The position numbers were made by a program, and so were the translations under genes. From an uncultured bacterium (GTDB lineage Bacteria > Zixibacteria > MSB-5A5 > CAIYYT01), in contig CAVSCK010000001.1 of the NCBI GenBank assembly GCA_963726455.1, forward strand, positions 62,004-126,003: a DNA stretch of 64,000 bases. Reading direction: 5' to 3'. The notes below the pieces were generated by a model. It saw nothing but the letters and a program-made list of their open reading frames with translations. It was not told the DNA's origin and searched no databases. Each line of letters begins with the position of its first letter. Position 1 is the stretch's first letter. Below, in pieces: positions 21,546 to 33,316 of the stretch.

Positions 21546-23318
21546 TTAGTCCTCGTCGTCCAATTCGCCTACGTGCGTTGAGTACCATTCCTGCAGTGTC
21601 GCTTCTATCTGTGATGTCGTCGACATGTTCATGACCTTGGCAGCCAGCCTGACGCACTCGGTATAATCGAGCCTGGCAATTACTCTCTTGACTTCTGACA
21701 GTCTCATCGGCCCGACCGAAAATGATGCCAGGCCCAAGCCGACAAGAAGCGGCAGCGCCAGATCCTCACTCGCCATTTCGCCGCACATTGAGACATCGAT
21801 GCCAGTAGTTATGCCTGCATCAATCGTCATTTTGATCAGCCGCAGCACGGCGGGATTGAATTCGCGGTAGAGCGAGGCCACTCTCTTGTTGCCCCGGTCA
21901 ACCGCGAGCGTGTACTGGATTAGATCGTTGGTTCCGATCGACAGGAAATCGACGTGCTTTGCGAGTTCGCATGCCATCACCGCCGCCGAAGGAACCTCCA
22001 CCATGATGCCGATTTCAACATCCTCGTCGAACGCAACACCTTCCTTGCTCAATTCCGTCATGGAAGCGTGAATTAGCTTCTTGGTGCGGACGATTTCCGA
22101 TACGGTTGACACCATCGGGAGTAGAATCCGGACGTTGCGAAATTCCGACGCCTTCAGCAGCGCGCGAATCTGCGCCCTGAAAATTTCCGGCATATCCAGG
22201 TCAAAGCGAATGCCGCGCCATCCAAGTGCCGGGTTGACTTCTTCGGAGTTACGCAAATCCCCGACAATCTTATCGGATCCCAAATCGAATATGCGCATGA
22301 CCACCGGATTCGGAAAAAACGTCCTCGCAATCGCCCGGTATTGCTTAGTCTGTTCCTCTTCCGACGGAAATTTCATCGCGCTGAGGTAGAAGAACTCCGT
22401 GCGATACAGGCCGACGCCGATCTTTGCCGCTGACAGAACCAGATCAAGGTCGGAAGGGATTTCCAGATTCGCCATGACCGTAATCATGCGGCCGTCTTTG
22501 GTGGTGGAGGGCAGCCGCGCGATTGACTTGAGTTGCCGCGATGCCACGCCGCGATGGCGTTTGTGCTCCGCTTGATATCGAGTAAGAGTCTTGGCCTCCG
22601 GATTAACAATGACTAATCCGTTATCACCGTCAACGATCATCGAAGAGTCGTCCGGACACTTCTTGAGCAGGTTGCTGACACCAACCACGCCGGGAATCGA
22701 CAGTGACTTGGCGATTAAAGTCATGTGCGAGGTCGCGCCGCCCATCTGCGTGGCAAAGCCCGGAATATGATACTTGTTCATCAGGATCACTTCGGCAGGG
22801 GAGAAGTCCTCCGCGAGAGCGACCTTATGCGGATTATCGACAATCTTATTTGAACGAACGCCCGCCAGATGGTTGAATACTTTGGCGGCCGTCGTGCTGA
22901 TATCATTCGCCATTTCGCGCAGATAAGTATCCTGAGAGGTCCGGAGTGATTTGAGCGTCTGCTGCAAGTGCCGGTCGTAAACGAACTCGGCATTCAGCGA
23001 CGATTTCGCAATGTCATCCGACACCTGCCGGAAAAACTCGGCGTCACGCAGGATCAATAATTGCGCTTCGAAAATCTTTGACAATTGTGGGCCAAGCGTG
23101 CGATCGGCTTCGCCGCGAATCTGCTCCAGGTCCTTCACCGCCTTGCCTACAGCAGTCTTGAGCCGCTCTATTTCGGAATCAACTTGGGACCTGGGAATGC
23201 TTCTGCGTACAATCGCGAAGCCGTCCAGATGGTGCCTGAAGCTCTTGCCAATGGCAATGCCCGGGGAAGCCACGATTCCCTTGAGCACAAGTTCTTTGAG
23301 TTTGGTTTCTTGTTTCAT
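21546..23318 (-). CDS. ptsI: PTS enzyme I (PEP-protein phosphotransferase)
   Basis: GIVASPGIAIG, GGATSH (phospho-His), GLYRTEF, NPALGWRGIR, SIGTNDLIQY, CGEMA. Confidence 0.96.
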   Translation of the reverse strand: MKQETKLKELVLKGIVASPGIAIGKSFRHHLDGFAIVRRSIPRSQVDSEIERLKTAVGKAVKDLEQIRGEADRTLGPQLSKIFEAQLLILRDAEFFRQVSDDIAKSSLNAEFVYDRHLQQTLKSLRTSQDTYLREMANDISTTAAKVFNHLAGVRSNKIVDNPHKVALAEDFSPAEVILMNKYHIPGFATQMGGATSHMTLIAKSLSIPGVVGVSNLLKKCPDDSSMIVDGDNGLVIVNPEAKTLTRYQAEHKRHRGVASRQLKSIARLPSTTKDGRMITVMANLEIPSDLDLVLSAAKIGVGLYRTEFFYLSAMKFPSEEEQTKQYRAIARTFFPNPVVMRIFDLGSDKIVGDLRNSEEVNPALGWRGIRFDLDMPEIFRAQIRALLKASEFRNVRILLPMVSTVSEIVRTKKLIHASMTELSKEGVAFDEDVEIGIMVEVPSAAVMACELAKHVDFLSIGTNDLIQYTLAVDRGNKRVASLYREFNPAVLRLIKMTIDAGITTGIDVSMCGEMASEDLALPLLVGLGLASFSVGPMRLSEVKRVIARLDYTECVRLAAKVMNMSTTSQIEATLQEWYSTHVGELDDED

Positions 23319-23352
23319 TCAGCGTTTCTATATTCTGTCGGCAGGCCCGATA

Positions 23353-23619
23353 TTATTCAAACCTGGATCCAATCACCTCTGCCAAAGCGTCAACGGCTGC
23401 ATCTTCATCATCCCCGCGAGCGGTAATCTTGACTTCCGATCCCATTTCTGCTGCCAGCATCATCACCCCCATGATCGACTTCCCATTCACTTCCAGCCCG
23501 TCCTTCTCCAGGATGATTTCGGACTTAAACTTGGTGGCGGTTTGCACCACTTTAGCCGAAGGACGCGCGTGTAACCCTAACTTATTAGCAATCTTAACCG
23601 TTTTCGAGGCCAATTTCAA
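23353..23619 (-). CDS. ptsH: Phosphocarrier protein HPr
   Basis: GLHARP (His15) and NGKSIMG (Ser46). Confidence 0.96.
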   Translation of the reverse strand: MKLASKTVKIANKLGLHARPSAKVVQTATKFKSEIILEKDGLEVNGKSIMGVMMLAAEMGSEVKITARGDDEDAAVDALAEVIGSRFE

Positions 23620-23625
23620 ATCCTT

Positions 23626-25864
<2,239 letters not shown>

Positions 25865-25884
25865 TTATGTAGATGGCGGTACGG

Positions 25885-27666
25885 CTACTTCATTAGCAGC
25901 ATCTTGCGGGTTTCCGACATGCCGCCGGCGTCGATCTTGTAGAAGTAGACGCCACTGGACACCTGGTTGCCGCGATTGTCTCTGCCGTCCCAGGTAACCT
26001 GATGATTGCCTGCCGACATAACATTCTCGGAAAGAATCCGCACTACCTGGCCAAGCGAATTATAAACCGCGACTTTGACCTCGCCGGTCTGAGGAACGGC
26101 GAAGAAGATTGTGGTGGTCGGATTGAACGGATTCGGGAAGTTCTGGCTCATCATCGTCGGAGCGGTCGCAGGCGGAGGGATAAAGCCGTTGATCGTATTT
26201 CCGTTAATACAGCCCATAGCCTCGACGCAAGCGCCCGGGCACGGCGCTTGTAGAGTGCCGCTGACGCAAACCGAGTCACCGACTACGAAGCTACCGTAGT
26301 TTTCCAATACGAACTTGTGTCCGCCCATGCCGCCCATTCCCAATTGCGAGAACAACACGCAATTCGTGCCCTGAACCAGGAAGCCACAACCGTTGAACCC
26401 CGGTGTCGGAGGAGTGGTCGGACGGATGTCGTTCATCACGAGGCACGCGACGGCTTCGGGACACATGTTGGGGCAATCCGGCCTTACCATGCCCGTCACA
26501 CAAACCGAATCGCCCACGACAAACGGTCCGTAGTTCTGCAGTACAAATCTGGCATTGGGATCATTCGCGGCCACAAAGACCACGCATGCTGTGCCCTGCA
26601 CCAGCACGCCGCAACCCTGATAATGATTGCCCGGATTGTGTTGCCACGGATCGATTGTATTGTTCGCCAGGCAGGCGGTGGCCTCCGCACAGGGAAGCTG
26701 GCAGTCTGGGTCAAGCATTCCGTGCACGCAAACCGAATCGCCCACGACGAACGGTCCGTAATTCTGCAGCGCGATCAGACGACTTGAGTTGCCGGCTGGC
26801 GCAAACAGAACGCAGTCGGTTCCTTGTACCAGTGTGCCACAGGCCTCGAACGGTCCGCCGGGATTGGATGGCGGAGTAGATATGGTGTTGTCTCTGATAC
26901 ATCCATGGGCCTCCGGGCACTGTCCTTCGCAGTGAGGGAACATCAGGCCGTCAACGCAAACTGTGTCGCCGACGACGAAGGTGCCATAGTTGTCAAGAAC
27001 AAATCCGCCCTGTTGCATGCAGCCCATAGGCGAAAGAATCACGCAGCCGGTTCCCTGAACCAGTACGCCGCACATGCTCGTCGGAATTCCGGGGAATGGG
27101 TCGCCGACAACAGTCATGGTCTTGCAGGAGGTGGCGCTGAACTCGCCGCTCACGGCAGTCGCGCAGAACGTGTAAGTTCCCGGCATCGGCGGAACCGGAA
27201 TTCTGATCGGATGAGTAATCGTATCGCCCGGCGCCATCGGTACATGGATCACGCGGAACGTAATCGTGGTATCAAGAACGTCGTTGATATGGAGCGTAAC
27301 CTGAAACACCAACGTTACCAGCGACGCGGAGTCGCCGCAGTTGACCAGTTGAAATGCGCCCAGAACCGGCATATGATGCATGGGCGTCACATGGACCGTG
27401 TCCGGCAGCATCAATGACACGGCCACGCAGCTCGTGCTGTAACCGCCGCGACCGGAGCCGTTAAGATCGTTATAGATTTCTTCTACCGCGCCCGACACCG
27501 CGTCGATCACCTGATTGGCGGGAGCGCTGTAATCAAGCAGGTTGTTTGAATTTCGATGGTCGGCATCATTACGTGAGCCGTTTCCGGGAATGCCTCCGCC
27601 AAAGCTCGGCGCGTACAGAGCCAGCAGTAGCAGACTGGCCAGAAGAGCAACAGCAGTACGTTTCAT
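25885..27666 (-). CDS. Secreted protein with four six-cysteine repeats and a C-terminal FlgD-Ig/T9SS type A-like domain
   Basis: Signal peptide; four CG.LVQGT.C...NYG.FVVGD.VCV.G repeats; QNFPNPFNPTT...WDGRD...SSGVYFY...RKMLLMK tail. Confidence 0.85.
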   Translation of the reverse strand: MKRTAVALLASLLLLALYAPSFGGGIPGNGSRNDADHRNSNNLLDYSAPANQVIDAVSGAVEEIYNDLNGSGRGGYSTSCVAVSLMLPDTVHVTPMHHMPVLGAFQLVNCGDSASLVTLVFQVTLHINDVLDTTITFRVIHVPMAPGDTITHPIRIPVPPMPGTYTFCATAVSGEFSATSCKTMTVVGDPFPGIPTSMCGVLVQGTGCVILSPMGCMQQGGFVLDNYGTFVVGDTVCVDGLMFPHCEGQCPEAHGCIRDNTISTPPSNPGGPFEACGTLVQGTDCVLFAPAGNSSRLIALQNYGPFVVGDSVCVHGMLDPDCQLPCAEATACLANNTIDPWQHNPGNHYQGCGVLVQGTACVVFVAANDPNARFVLQNYGPFVVGDSVCVTGMVRPDCPNMCPEAVACLVMNDIRPTTPPTPGFNGCGFLVQGTNCVLFSQLGMGGMGGHKFVLENYGSFVVGDSVCVSGTLQAPCPGACVEAMGCINGNTINGFIPPPATAPTMMSQNFPNPFNPTTTIFFAVPQTGEVKVAVYNSLGQVVRILSENVMSAGNHQVTWDGRDNRGNQVSSGVYFYKIDAGGMSETRKMLLMK

Positions 27667-27816
27667 TAGACCTCCTATGTGGTTGTTGATTTCCTATTAA
27701 TCTTTCCAAGTTTCTATAACTGGAGTGCGCTCAGCGATCCGATTTGATACCGTTTTTTTTCGCTTTCTCACTACCGAAACCCGGTCGCCCGCTTTGCGGG
27801 AATCGCACATTGACGC

Positions 27817-29913
27817 CTACTGGCAACCAGGGGCGCGGCCGCCGGCGAAGATGTAATTTATCAGGAATACTACGTCGGATATGTCAATTACCCGATCGCA
27901 GTTGGCGTCACCGGCATCAAACAATGCAGGCGGCGGACCGGAAGCGAAAATATACGTGCACAAATACACCGCGTCCGAGATGTCAACGCTCCCCGAGCCA
28001 TCGGCATCTCCGACCAGAATCACGATTGGCGGGGATTCGTTCCAGACCGCGCCGGCGGCATTGACACAACCATAGCCATAGTATGGATCAACCGGCACGA
28101 TTGTCGTGCCGTGTAGAGTCTTGCTGGCCGTGGATCGAATCTGAATTTCCATGCTGAACGAATTCAAGTCCGGAAACGCGGCCTTGGCCAGAGCGCAGGT
28201 GCCGCTGACGACTGCTGCACCGAAGGATGTGCCGCTCCAGGTGCCCCATTGGTAAGTCCCCGCCAGCGAACTGTACAGATTTACTGCCGGCGCGCAGACA
28301 TCAATGTATTCGCCATAATTCGAAAACCAGGCAATTGCTTCGGTCGTATCGAGGGCCGAGACAGCAATCACTCCATTCAACGCCGCCGGGAATATTGGCA
28401 TAAACGTTGAATCATTCCCGGTGGCAGCGACCATAGTGACGCCGTTTGCCACTGCGGTGCTACAGGCCTTGACCAGCAGGTAGCTATTGTCATAAACGCC
28501 AAAGCTCATATTGATAATGTCTGCGCCGTGGTCGATGGCATAATAGATCGCCTGGGCGATTGCGAAAGTGTTACCGACTCCGTCTTGATCGAAGGCCCGC
28601 AGAGGCATCAGTTTGCTCTCCGGTGCTGTCAGGCGAATCAGCCCGGCAACGAAAGTGCCATGGCCGTAAACCGTTCCCGGTAATTCGCTGGGATCGTCGT
28701 CATTGTCGAAGAAATCGTAGCGGCTCGTGTCGAGCGCTCCCGCAAACAGGGGATGAGTCAATTCGATGCCGTTATCGATCACGGCTACACGCGTACCGTT
28801 TCCCTGCGTGCGGGCATGCGCTGAATCAATCCCGATTTCGTAGTTGGCGGGCTGCTCAAAGTACGAAGCCGGACTGACGCCGTAAACCAGCGGCGGGGCA
28901 TTTTCGTCCGGAAACGAAATACTCATTTGCTGCACTTCGGGCAATGACGTCTCGAAATTTGGCTCGGCAAACAATACGCCGTGATGAGTCCTGAGGATTT
29001 CCAATTGCGCGTCGACGGACAGCGTGTCGTCGAATCTGAGCAAATAGGTCATGCGGTGCGCGATACTATCGATAACGGATGAACCGATCGAGGATACAAT
29101 GGCAGCCAGAGAGTCGCCGGAATCCAGCCGCAGCACGGCATGTCCCGACATCGGCATCATCGGAGGCGGAGCACAGAAGAGTATCGAGTCGACCTCCAGA
29201 CATCCCGCAGCACCCTGACAAACTGTGCTGCAGGGCAGCACTCCGGGAGCAAAAACACGGACTGTGTCGCCGACCTGGAAGCCGAAGGCATTGCTGAGCA
29301 CGAAGCGCGTGAATGGATCACCGCCCGGAGAAAACATTATGCAGGTCGAATCTCCCACGATAACACCGCAGCCGCAGAAACCGGAACCATGCTGTCCCTG
29401 CATCGTGATCGAGTTTGATACTATGCAGCCGGTCGCTGCCGGACACGGGTTTAAACAATCGTTCAAACGGTTTCCGGTTACGCAAACCCGGTTTCCGACG
29501 TGGAAGCTTCCATAATTGTCGAGTCGCAAATGCGCCATTGGCTCGTTGTCGGGAACGAACAACATGCAGCCGGCCTGATCGATCAGACTGCCGCAGGCCT
29601 GATATTGGGAATCGGGAGGATTGGCCGGCGAAATGGAATTGTTTACGATGCAGCCCATGGCGTCAGCGCACTGGGGCTGGCAGTACATTTGCAATTGACC
29701 GGTAACGCAGACATGGTCTCCGGCGTGAAATGGTCCGTAATTGCCGAGCCCGTACAACGCCATCGGACCGCCACCTGGCTGAAATAGCAGGCAGTTCGGC
29801 CCCTGTACGAGCATACCACAGCCGCTGAATGGCGAGGCCGCCTGCAAGATCGGCGTGCAACAGAGTATTATCAGCAGCGCCGCAAGTCCCATCGATTTAC
29901 CCGGTCGTTTCAT
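27817..29913 (-). CDS. Secreted subtilisin-like S8 peptidase with three six-cysteine repeats and a dockerin-like tail
   Basis: VAVIDNG (Asp), HGTFVAG (His), SGTSF (Ser), ATGND; GDADGSGSVDISDAVYL and GDANCDRVIDISDVVFL. Confidence 0.92.
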   Translation of the reverse strand: MKRPGKSMGLAALLIILCCTPILQAASPFSGCGMLVQGPNCLLFQPGGGPMALYGLGNYGPFHAGDHVCVTGQLQMYCQPQCADAMGCIVNNSISPANPPDSQYQACGSLIDQAGCMLFVPDNEPMAHLRLDNYGSFHVGNRVCVTGNRLNDCLNPCPAATGCIVSNSITMQGQHGSGFCGCGVIVGDSTCIMFSPGGDPFTRFVLSNAFGFQVGDTVRVFAPGVLPCSTVCQGAAGCLEVDSILFCAPPPMMPMSGHAVLRLDSGDSLAAIVSSIGSSVIDSIAHRMTYLLRFDDTLSVDAQLEILRTHHGVLFAEPNFETSLPEVQQMSISFPDENAPPLVYGVSPASYFEQPANYEIGIDSAHARTQGNGTRVAVIDNGIELTHPLFAGALDTSRYDFFDNDDDPSELPGTVYGHGTFVAGLIRLTAPESKLMPLRAFDQDGVGNTFAIAQAIYYAIDHGADIINMSFGVYDNSYLLVKACSTAVANGVTMVAATGNDSTFMPIFPAALNGVIAVSALDTTEAIAWFSNYGEYIDVCAPAVNLYSSLAGTYQWGTWSGTSFGAAVVSGTCALAKAAFPDLNSFSMEIQIRSTASKTLHGTTIVPVDPYYGYGCVNAAGAVWNESPPIVILVGDADGSGSVDISDAVYLCTYIFASGPPPALFDAGDANCDRVIDISDVVFLINYIFAGGRAPGCQ

Positions 29914-29934
29914 GATCTATATCTCCGTCAGCAA

Positions 29935-32691
29935 TTATATTCCCAGCAATACATAAGGCGCCCAGAAAGCAGGATTGTCGTTAATCTTCATCACATGATT
30001 GATGGCGGCTGCGTAAGCGGCAGGCACATCATTGTTGGCGCTGAGCGATTGATAGAATTCCGTCATGAACATCATGCTCAATTTGTCTGATACCGTCCAG
30101 AGTGATGCCAATACAAACCGCGCTCCGGCTTGATAAAAAGCCTTCGCCAAACTGAAAGAATTTGCGTAATGAATTCCCGGCGCCGCGGTCTGGCACCCCG
30201 ATAGGGTGACCAGCTGTGCAGCGACACCGCTTCCAAACAGATCAAACGGAAAGAACGGCCCGTCGTTCAAAAGAATCCTGCTGAACAGCGGATTTTCCGA
30301 AGATCGCGACGCGTGAGTAGCGATATGTACAAACCCGGTGGAATGCCGCAATTCATCCAGCAGGCGATGCGATGAGACGGCATCGTCAGTGTACAGCATG
30401 GCTTCCGGAAATGCCGCGCTGATTCTGCTTCCTTCGATCTCGACCATTGGCAATCCGCTTGCGGAAGGCGCGAAAATTGCGGAGCGCAATGTTGTTATCG
30501 GTTCAGTTGCTTGTGACTTATAGGCCAGGTCATCCGGACTTACAATGATGCGCATCTCAGCGCTATCTTTCAAGTATGCCTGTCCGGAATCGGGGAGCGC
30601 GGCAAAAGGTATTTGCGCGAAAATGCCGTCAACCAGGAACACGGGCTTACGGTCTGCAATGTATTGCTCAATCGGAGCCAGCAACCAATCGCGGAGTTGA
30701 TTCAGATGCTGAATGATGGCCTCACGCGAGCCGCCGGTCGGCATGTAAACTGCATTTTCCATCAGGAAGTGCAGCTGCCGTACCGCTGCATTCAATTGAT
30801 TCGGAGTAACCCGGCATCGGACGAAATCTATACTGTCATTTGTGACCGAGAAGACGCCCACGGAATCTTCCAGTGCCACGGGATTAATCAGGATATGGGA
30901 GCCATCCACCAGATTGTTGGCGCCTGCAACTCTGCCTGAAGGCATTGTCTGAAGCGAGCTCGCTGCGGTGAGGATGGAGGCAATTCTCCGTTCGCTGGTG
31001 TAAAGCTGATGCTCAATCTTTCGCATCGCCGGCGCCGAAATCGTACGTGTCGCCGACTCACCGGGAGCTTGCTGCAGCCGCTTGAGCGATAAACGCAAAC
31101 GATCGCGCTCCCGCAAGAACTGCTGCGGGACTTCGCGGGCGATCTGCGAATCAGGAACCCGGCGCTGGTTGAGAATCGCCAAGGCGCGCGAATTCTGCGC
31201 GAATGATTCGTCGGTCTTGCCCAATTCCAGCAGACATTCAACGGCGGAGGAATAGCCAGATGATTTGCCCAGTGCGAAGAAGAAGCGTCTTTCGTCCGCC
31301 GGGAGATTCGGCAGCACCTTCTCGACAACAGCTATGGCTTTGCGGAAATGCCGCAACGCCAGTGCGGAACGCGATTGTTGCTGCAGGCATTTTCCCAGCA
31401 GAAATTCCAAGCGATACTGCTGATAGCTGGATAGCGGCCGGTTGAGCAGCGACTTGGCTTTTTGCTGCGCTGACTCGGCTGAGCCGTTTGCGAGTCCGGC
31501 TTCGATCAATGTTATCTCGGCGTCGAGTGTGCGCCGTTCATCTCCACTTATTTGGAACAGTCGCCGGGCCGCAGTGGCTGTTCTCGTTGCGGTCTTGATT
31601 TTGCCGGCGTCAAGCTCGAATCTGGCGCGCTCCAGCTCGACCATTCCGAGCCAGAGTTGATTTTTCTCAGACCCGAACAGCTTCTTCGCTTTGTTCAGAT
31701 ACCTGGCGGCTTCATCGTTGTCTCCAAAGTGACGCAACGCCTCGGCGATGAAGTACGCCGCTTTGCCTTCTTCATAAAAGAGATTGAGCTTCTTACAGGC
31801 GGCGTCGGCATCCTGGCCGTACATCACGGTAGAACTAAGTTGATTCAGATATGTGCTGATCTCAGCGAGATCGAGTGTTGTCACGGCGACCGCCTTGGCA
31901 TCGCCGAGTTTCTTGAATGACACCAGCGATTTGTCGAAGGTCGCCAGCGCCAGCGTGTACTGATCTTTGAGAAAATACAAATATGCCAGAGAGTATTCGG
32001 CCTTGGCCTGTGCGATCGCCATGCCTCCTTGACGATAGATTTCGGCCGCGTCGCGATATAGCTGCTCGGCTTCGTCGAGGCGATTGAAATTGACCAGGAT
32101 GTTGGCGCGGTTGAAATCGACAATCGCCAGCGATATGCCGCCCTGCTTGGCGAATATAGCGCGCGCGAGATCGTAGTAGCTTAGCGCTTCACGGTTGCGA
32201 TCGAGGCGATGATAAACGTTGCCGATATTGGTCATCACGCGCGCCGCCTGAGTGTCGAGGTGCTTCTTTCGGAAGTATTTCAGCGCAGCTTTGCCGCAGT
32301 CCAACGCCTGCGGATGCTTGCCCAAGTACATGAACGCATCCATCAGTCCCTGTTGTGTCTGCGCGGCCAATTGATATTGCTTCTGTTTTTCGAACTGCCG
32401 GATGGCGTTTTCATACTTACGTACTGCGTTCGCGCTCTTGCCGCTCCAGTGGGCCAGGCGCGCTTGCATGGCAAGCAATCGAGGCGCCTGAGACTTCGGA
32501 AGCAGTGCAAAACATTTCTCGGCACGTTCGACATACTTTGCGGCCTTCTTCAGGTCGCTCTGGAGCAGTTGATTGAGCGACGAACTGATATCGCTGGCGA
32601 ACTTGTCGGTATCACCCTGATACCGGTCGGTAATTAACCGATCAAGCGCCGCTTGCTTGGACAGCCGCGACATTTCAGCGAAGGTAATCAT
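29935..32691 (-). CDS. TPR-CHAT caspase-like cysteine protease
   Basis: Long N-terminal TPR array; IPFAAL, HIATHA (His), LSGCQT (Cys), ASLWTV, FWAPY; no signal peptide. Confidence 0.92.
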   Translation of the reverse strand: MITFAEMSRLSKQAALDRLITDRYQGDTDKFASDISSSLNQLLQSDLKKAAKYVERAEKCFALLPKSQAPRLLAMQARLAHWSGKSANAVRKYENAIRQFEKQKQYQLAAQTQQGLMDAFMYLGKHPQALDCGKAALKYFRKKHLDTQAARVMTNIGNVYHRLDRNREALSYYDLARAIFAKQGGISLAIVDFNRANILVNFNRLDEAEQLYRDAAEIYRQGGMAIAQAKAEYSLAYLYFLKDQYTLALATFDKSLVSFKKLGDAKAVAVTTLDLAEISTYLNQLSSTVMYGQDADAACKKLNLFYEEGKAAYFIAEALRHFGDNDEAARYLNKAKKLFGSEKNQLWLGMVELERARFELDAGKIKTATRTATAARRLFQISGDERRTLDAEITLIEAGLANGSAESAQQKAKSLLNRPLSSYQQYRLEFLLGKCLQQQSRSALALRHFRKAIAVVEKVLPNLPADERRFFFALGKSSGYSSAVECLLELGKTDESFAQNSRALAILNQRRVPDSQIAREVPQQFLRERDRLRLSLKRLQQAPGESATRTISAPAMRKIEHQLYTSERRIASILTAASSLQTMPSGRVAGANNLVDGSHILINPVALEDSVGVFSVTNDSIDFVRCRVTPNQLNAAVRQLHFLMENAVYMPTGGSREAIIQHLNQLRDWLLAPIEQYIADRKPVFLVDGIFAQIPFAALPDSGQAYLKDSAEMRIIVSPDDLAYKSQATEPITTLRSAIFAPSASGLPMVEIEGSRISAAFPEAMLYTDDAVSSHRLLDELRHSTGFVHIATHASRSSENPLFSRILLNDGPFFPFDLFGSGVAAQLVTLSGCQTAAPGIHYANSFSLAKAFYQAGARFVLASLWTVSDKLSMMFMTEFYQSLSANNDVPAAYAAAINHVMKINDNPAFWAPYVLLGI

Positions 32692-33272
32692 ATTTCCAAA
32701 TCAACCACTGCTAAGGATTCGCCCTGGATTATTTTCAAATGGTACTTGCCGCCGGGAAGTCGTTCGATGTGAAATACTCCGAATTGATCCGCCTGCGCTG
32801 TGATTTTGCGTTGACCGCCACTCAATTCGATCTTGATTTCCTTTGTGCCTACCGTGACAGAAAGTTGGCCTATTAGTTCGTAGGACTTGGGTGACACCGG
32901 ATAGAGTGACAATTCCAGCCGCTGGTCGCCGACCTGATAGCGCACACGGCGGGTGTCGACCAGTGCCGGACGAACACCATCCGGAAGCGGCAGCATTTGG
33001 CTGTCATAGGTCACAATGCCTCGCTCTTGGCGCGGGTTCTTGCCGGCTTCGCGGGTGTCCTTGAGCATGCCCTTGAGCAGGGAGTGTGCCGACTGGCGTA
33101 ACTTCTCCCACTCCGACAACGCTGCCGAATCGGTGTCACCAACGAGCGATTTCAATTCCGCCAGATCCTGATCGCTGTCCAGCTTCTCCGCTAACTCCTC
33201 GCGCTCTTTATCCGACAGGCGCTTCAGCAGGTCATCCGCCAGCTTCTCTATGTTTTTCTCTTTCTTTCCCAT
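32688..33272 (-). CDS. Putative anti-sigma factor or CHAT substrate (helical N-terminus, beta-sandwich C-terminus)
   Basis: Lies between the sigma and CHAT genes, ATGA overlap with CHAT; TYDS...GVR...RRVRY linker; LIGQ, D.FGVF, LPGGKYHL resemble a carboxypeptidase-regulatory-like domain; function inferred. Confidence 0.65.
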   Translation of the reverse strand: MGKKEKNIEKLADDLLKRLSDKEREELAEKLDSDQDLAELKSLVGDTDSAALSEWEKLRQSAHSLLKGMLKDTREAGKNPRQERGIVTYDSQMLPLPDGVRPALVDTRRVRYQVGDQRLELSLYPVSPKSYELIGQLSVTVGTKEIKIELSGGQRKITAQADQFGVFHIERLPGGKYHLKIIQGESLAVVDLEI

Positions 33273-33316
33273 TAATCCACCTGTATTCAGGTCTCGCTTT
33301 TCGTGTCAAAAAATAC

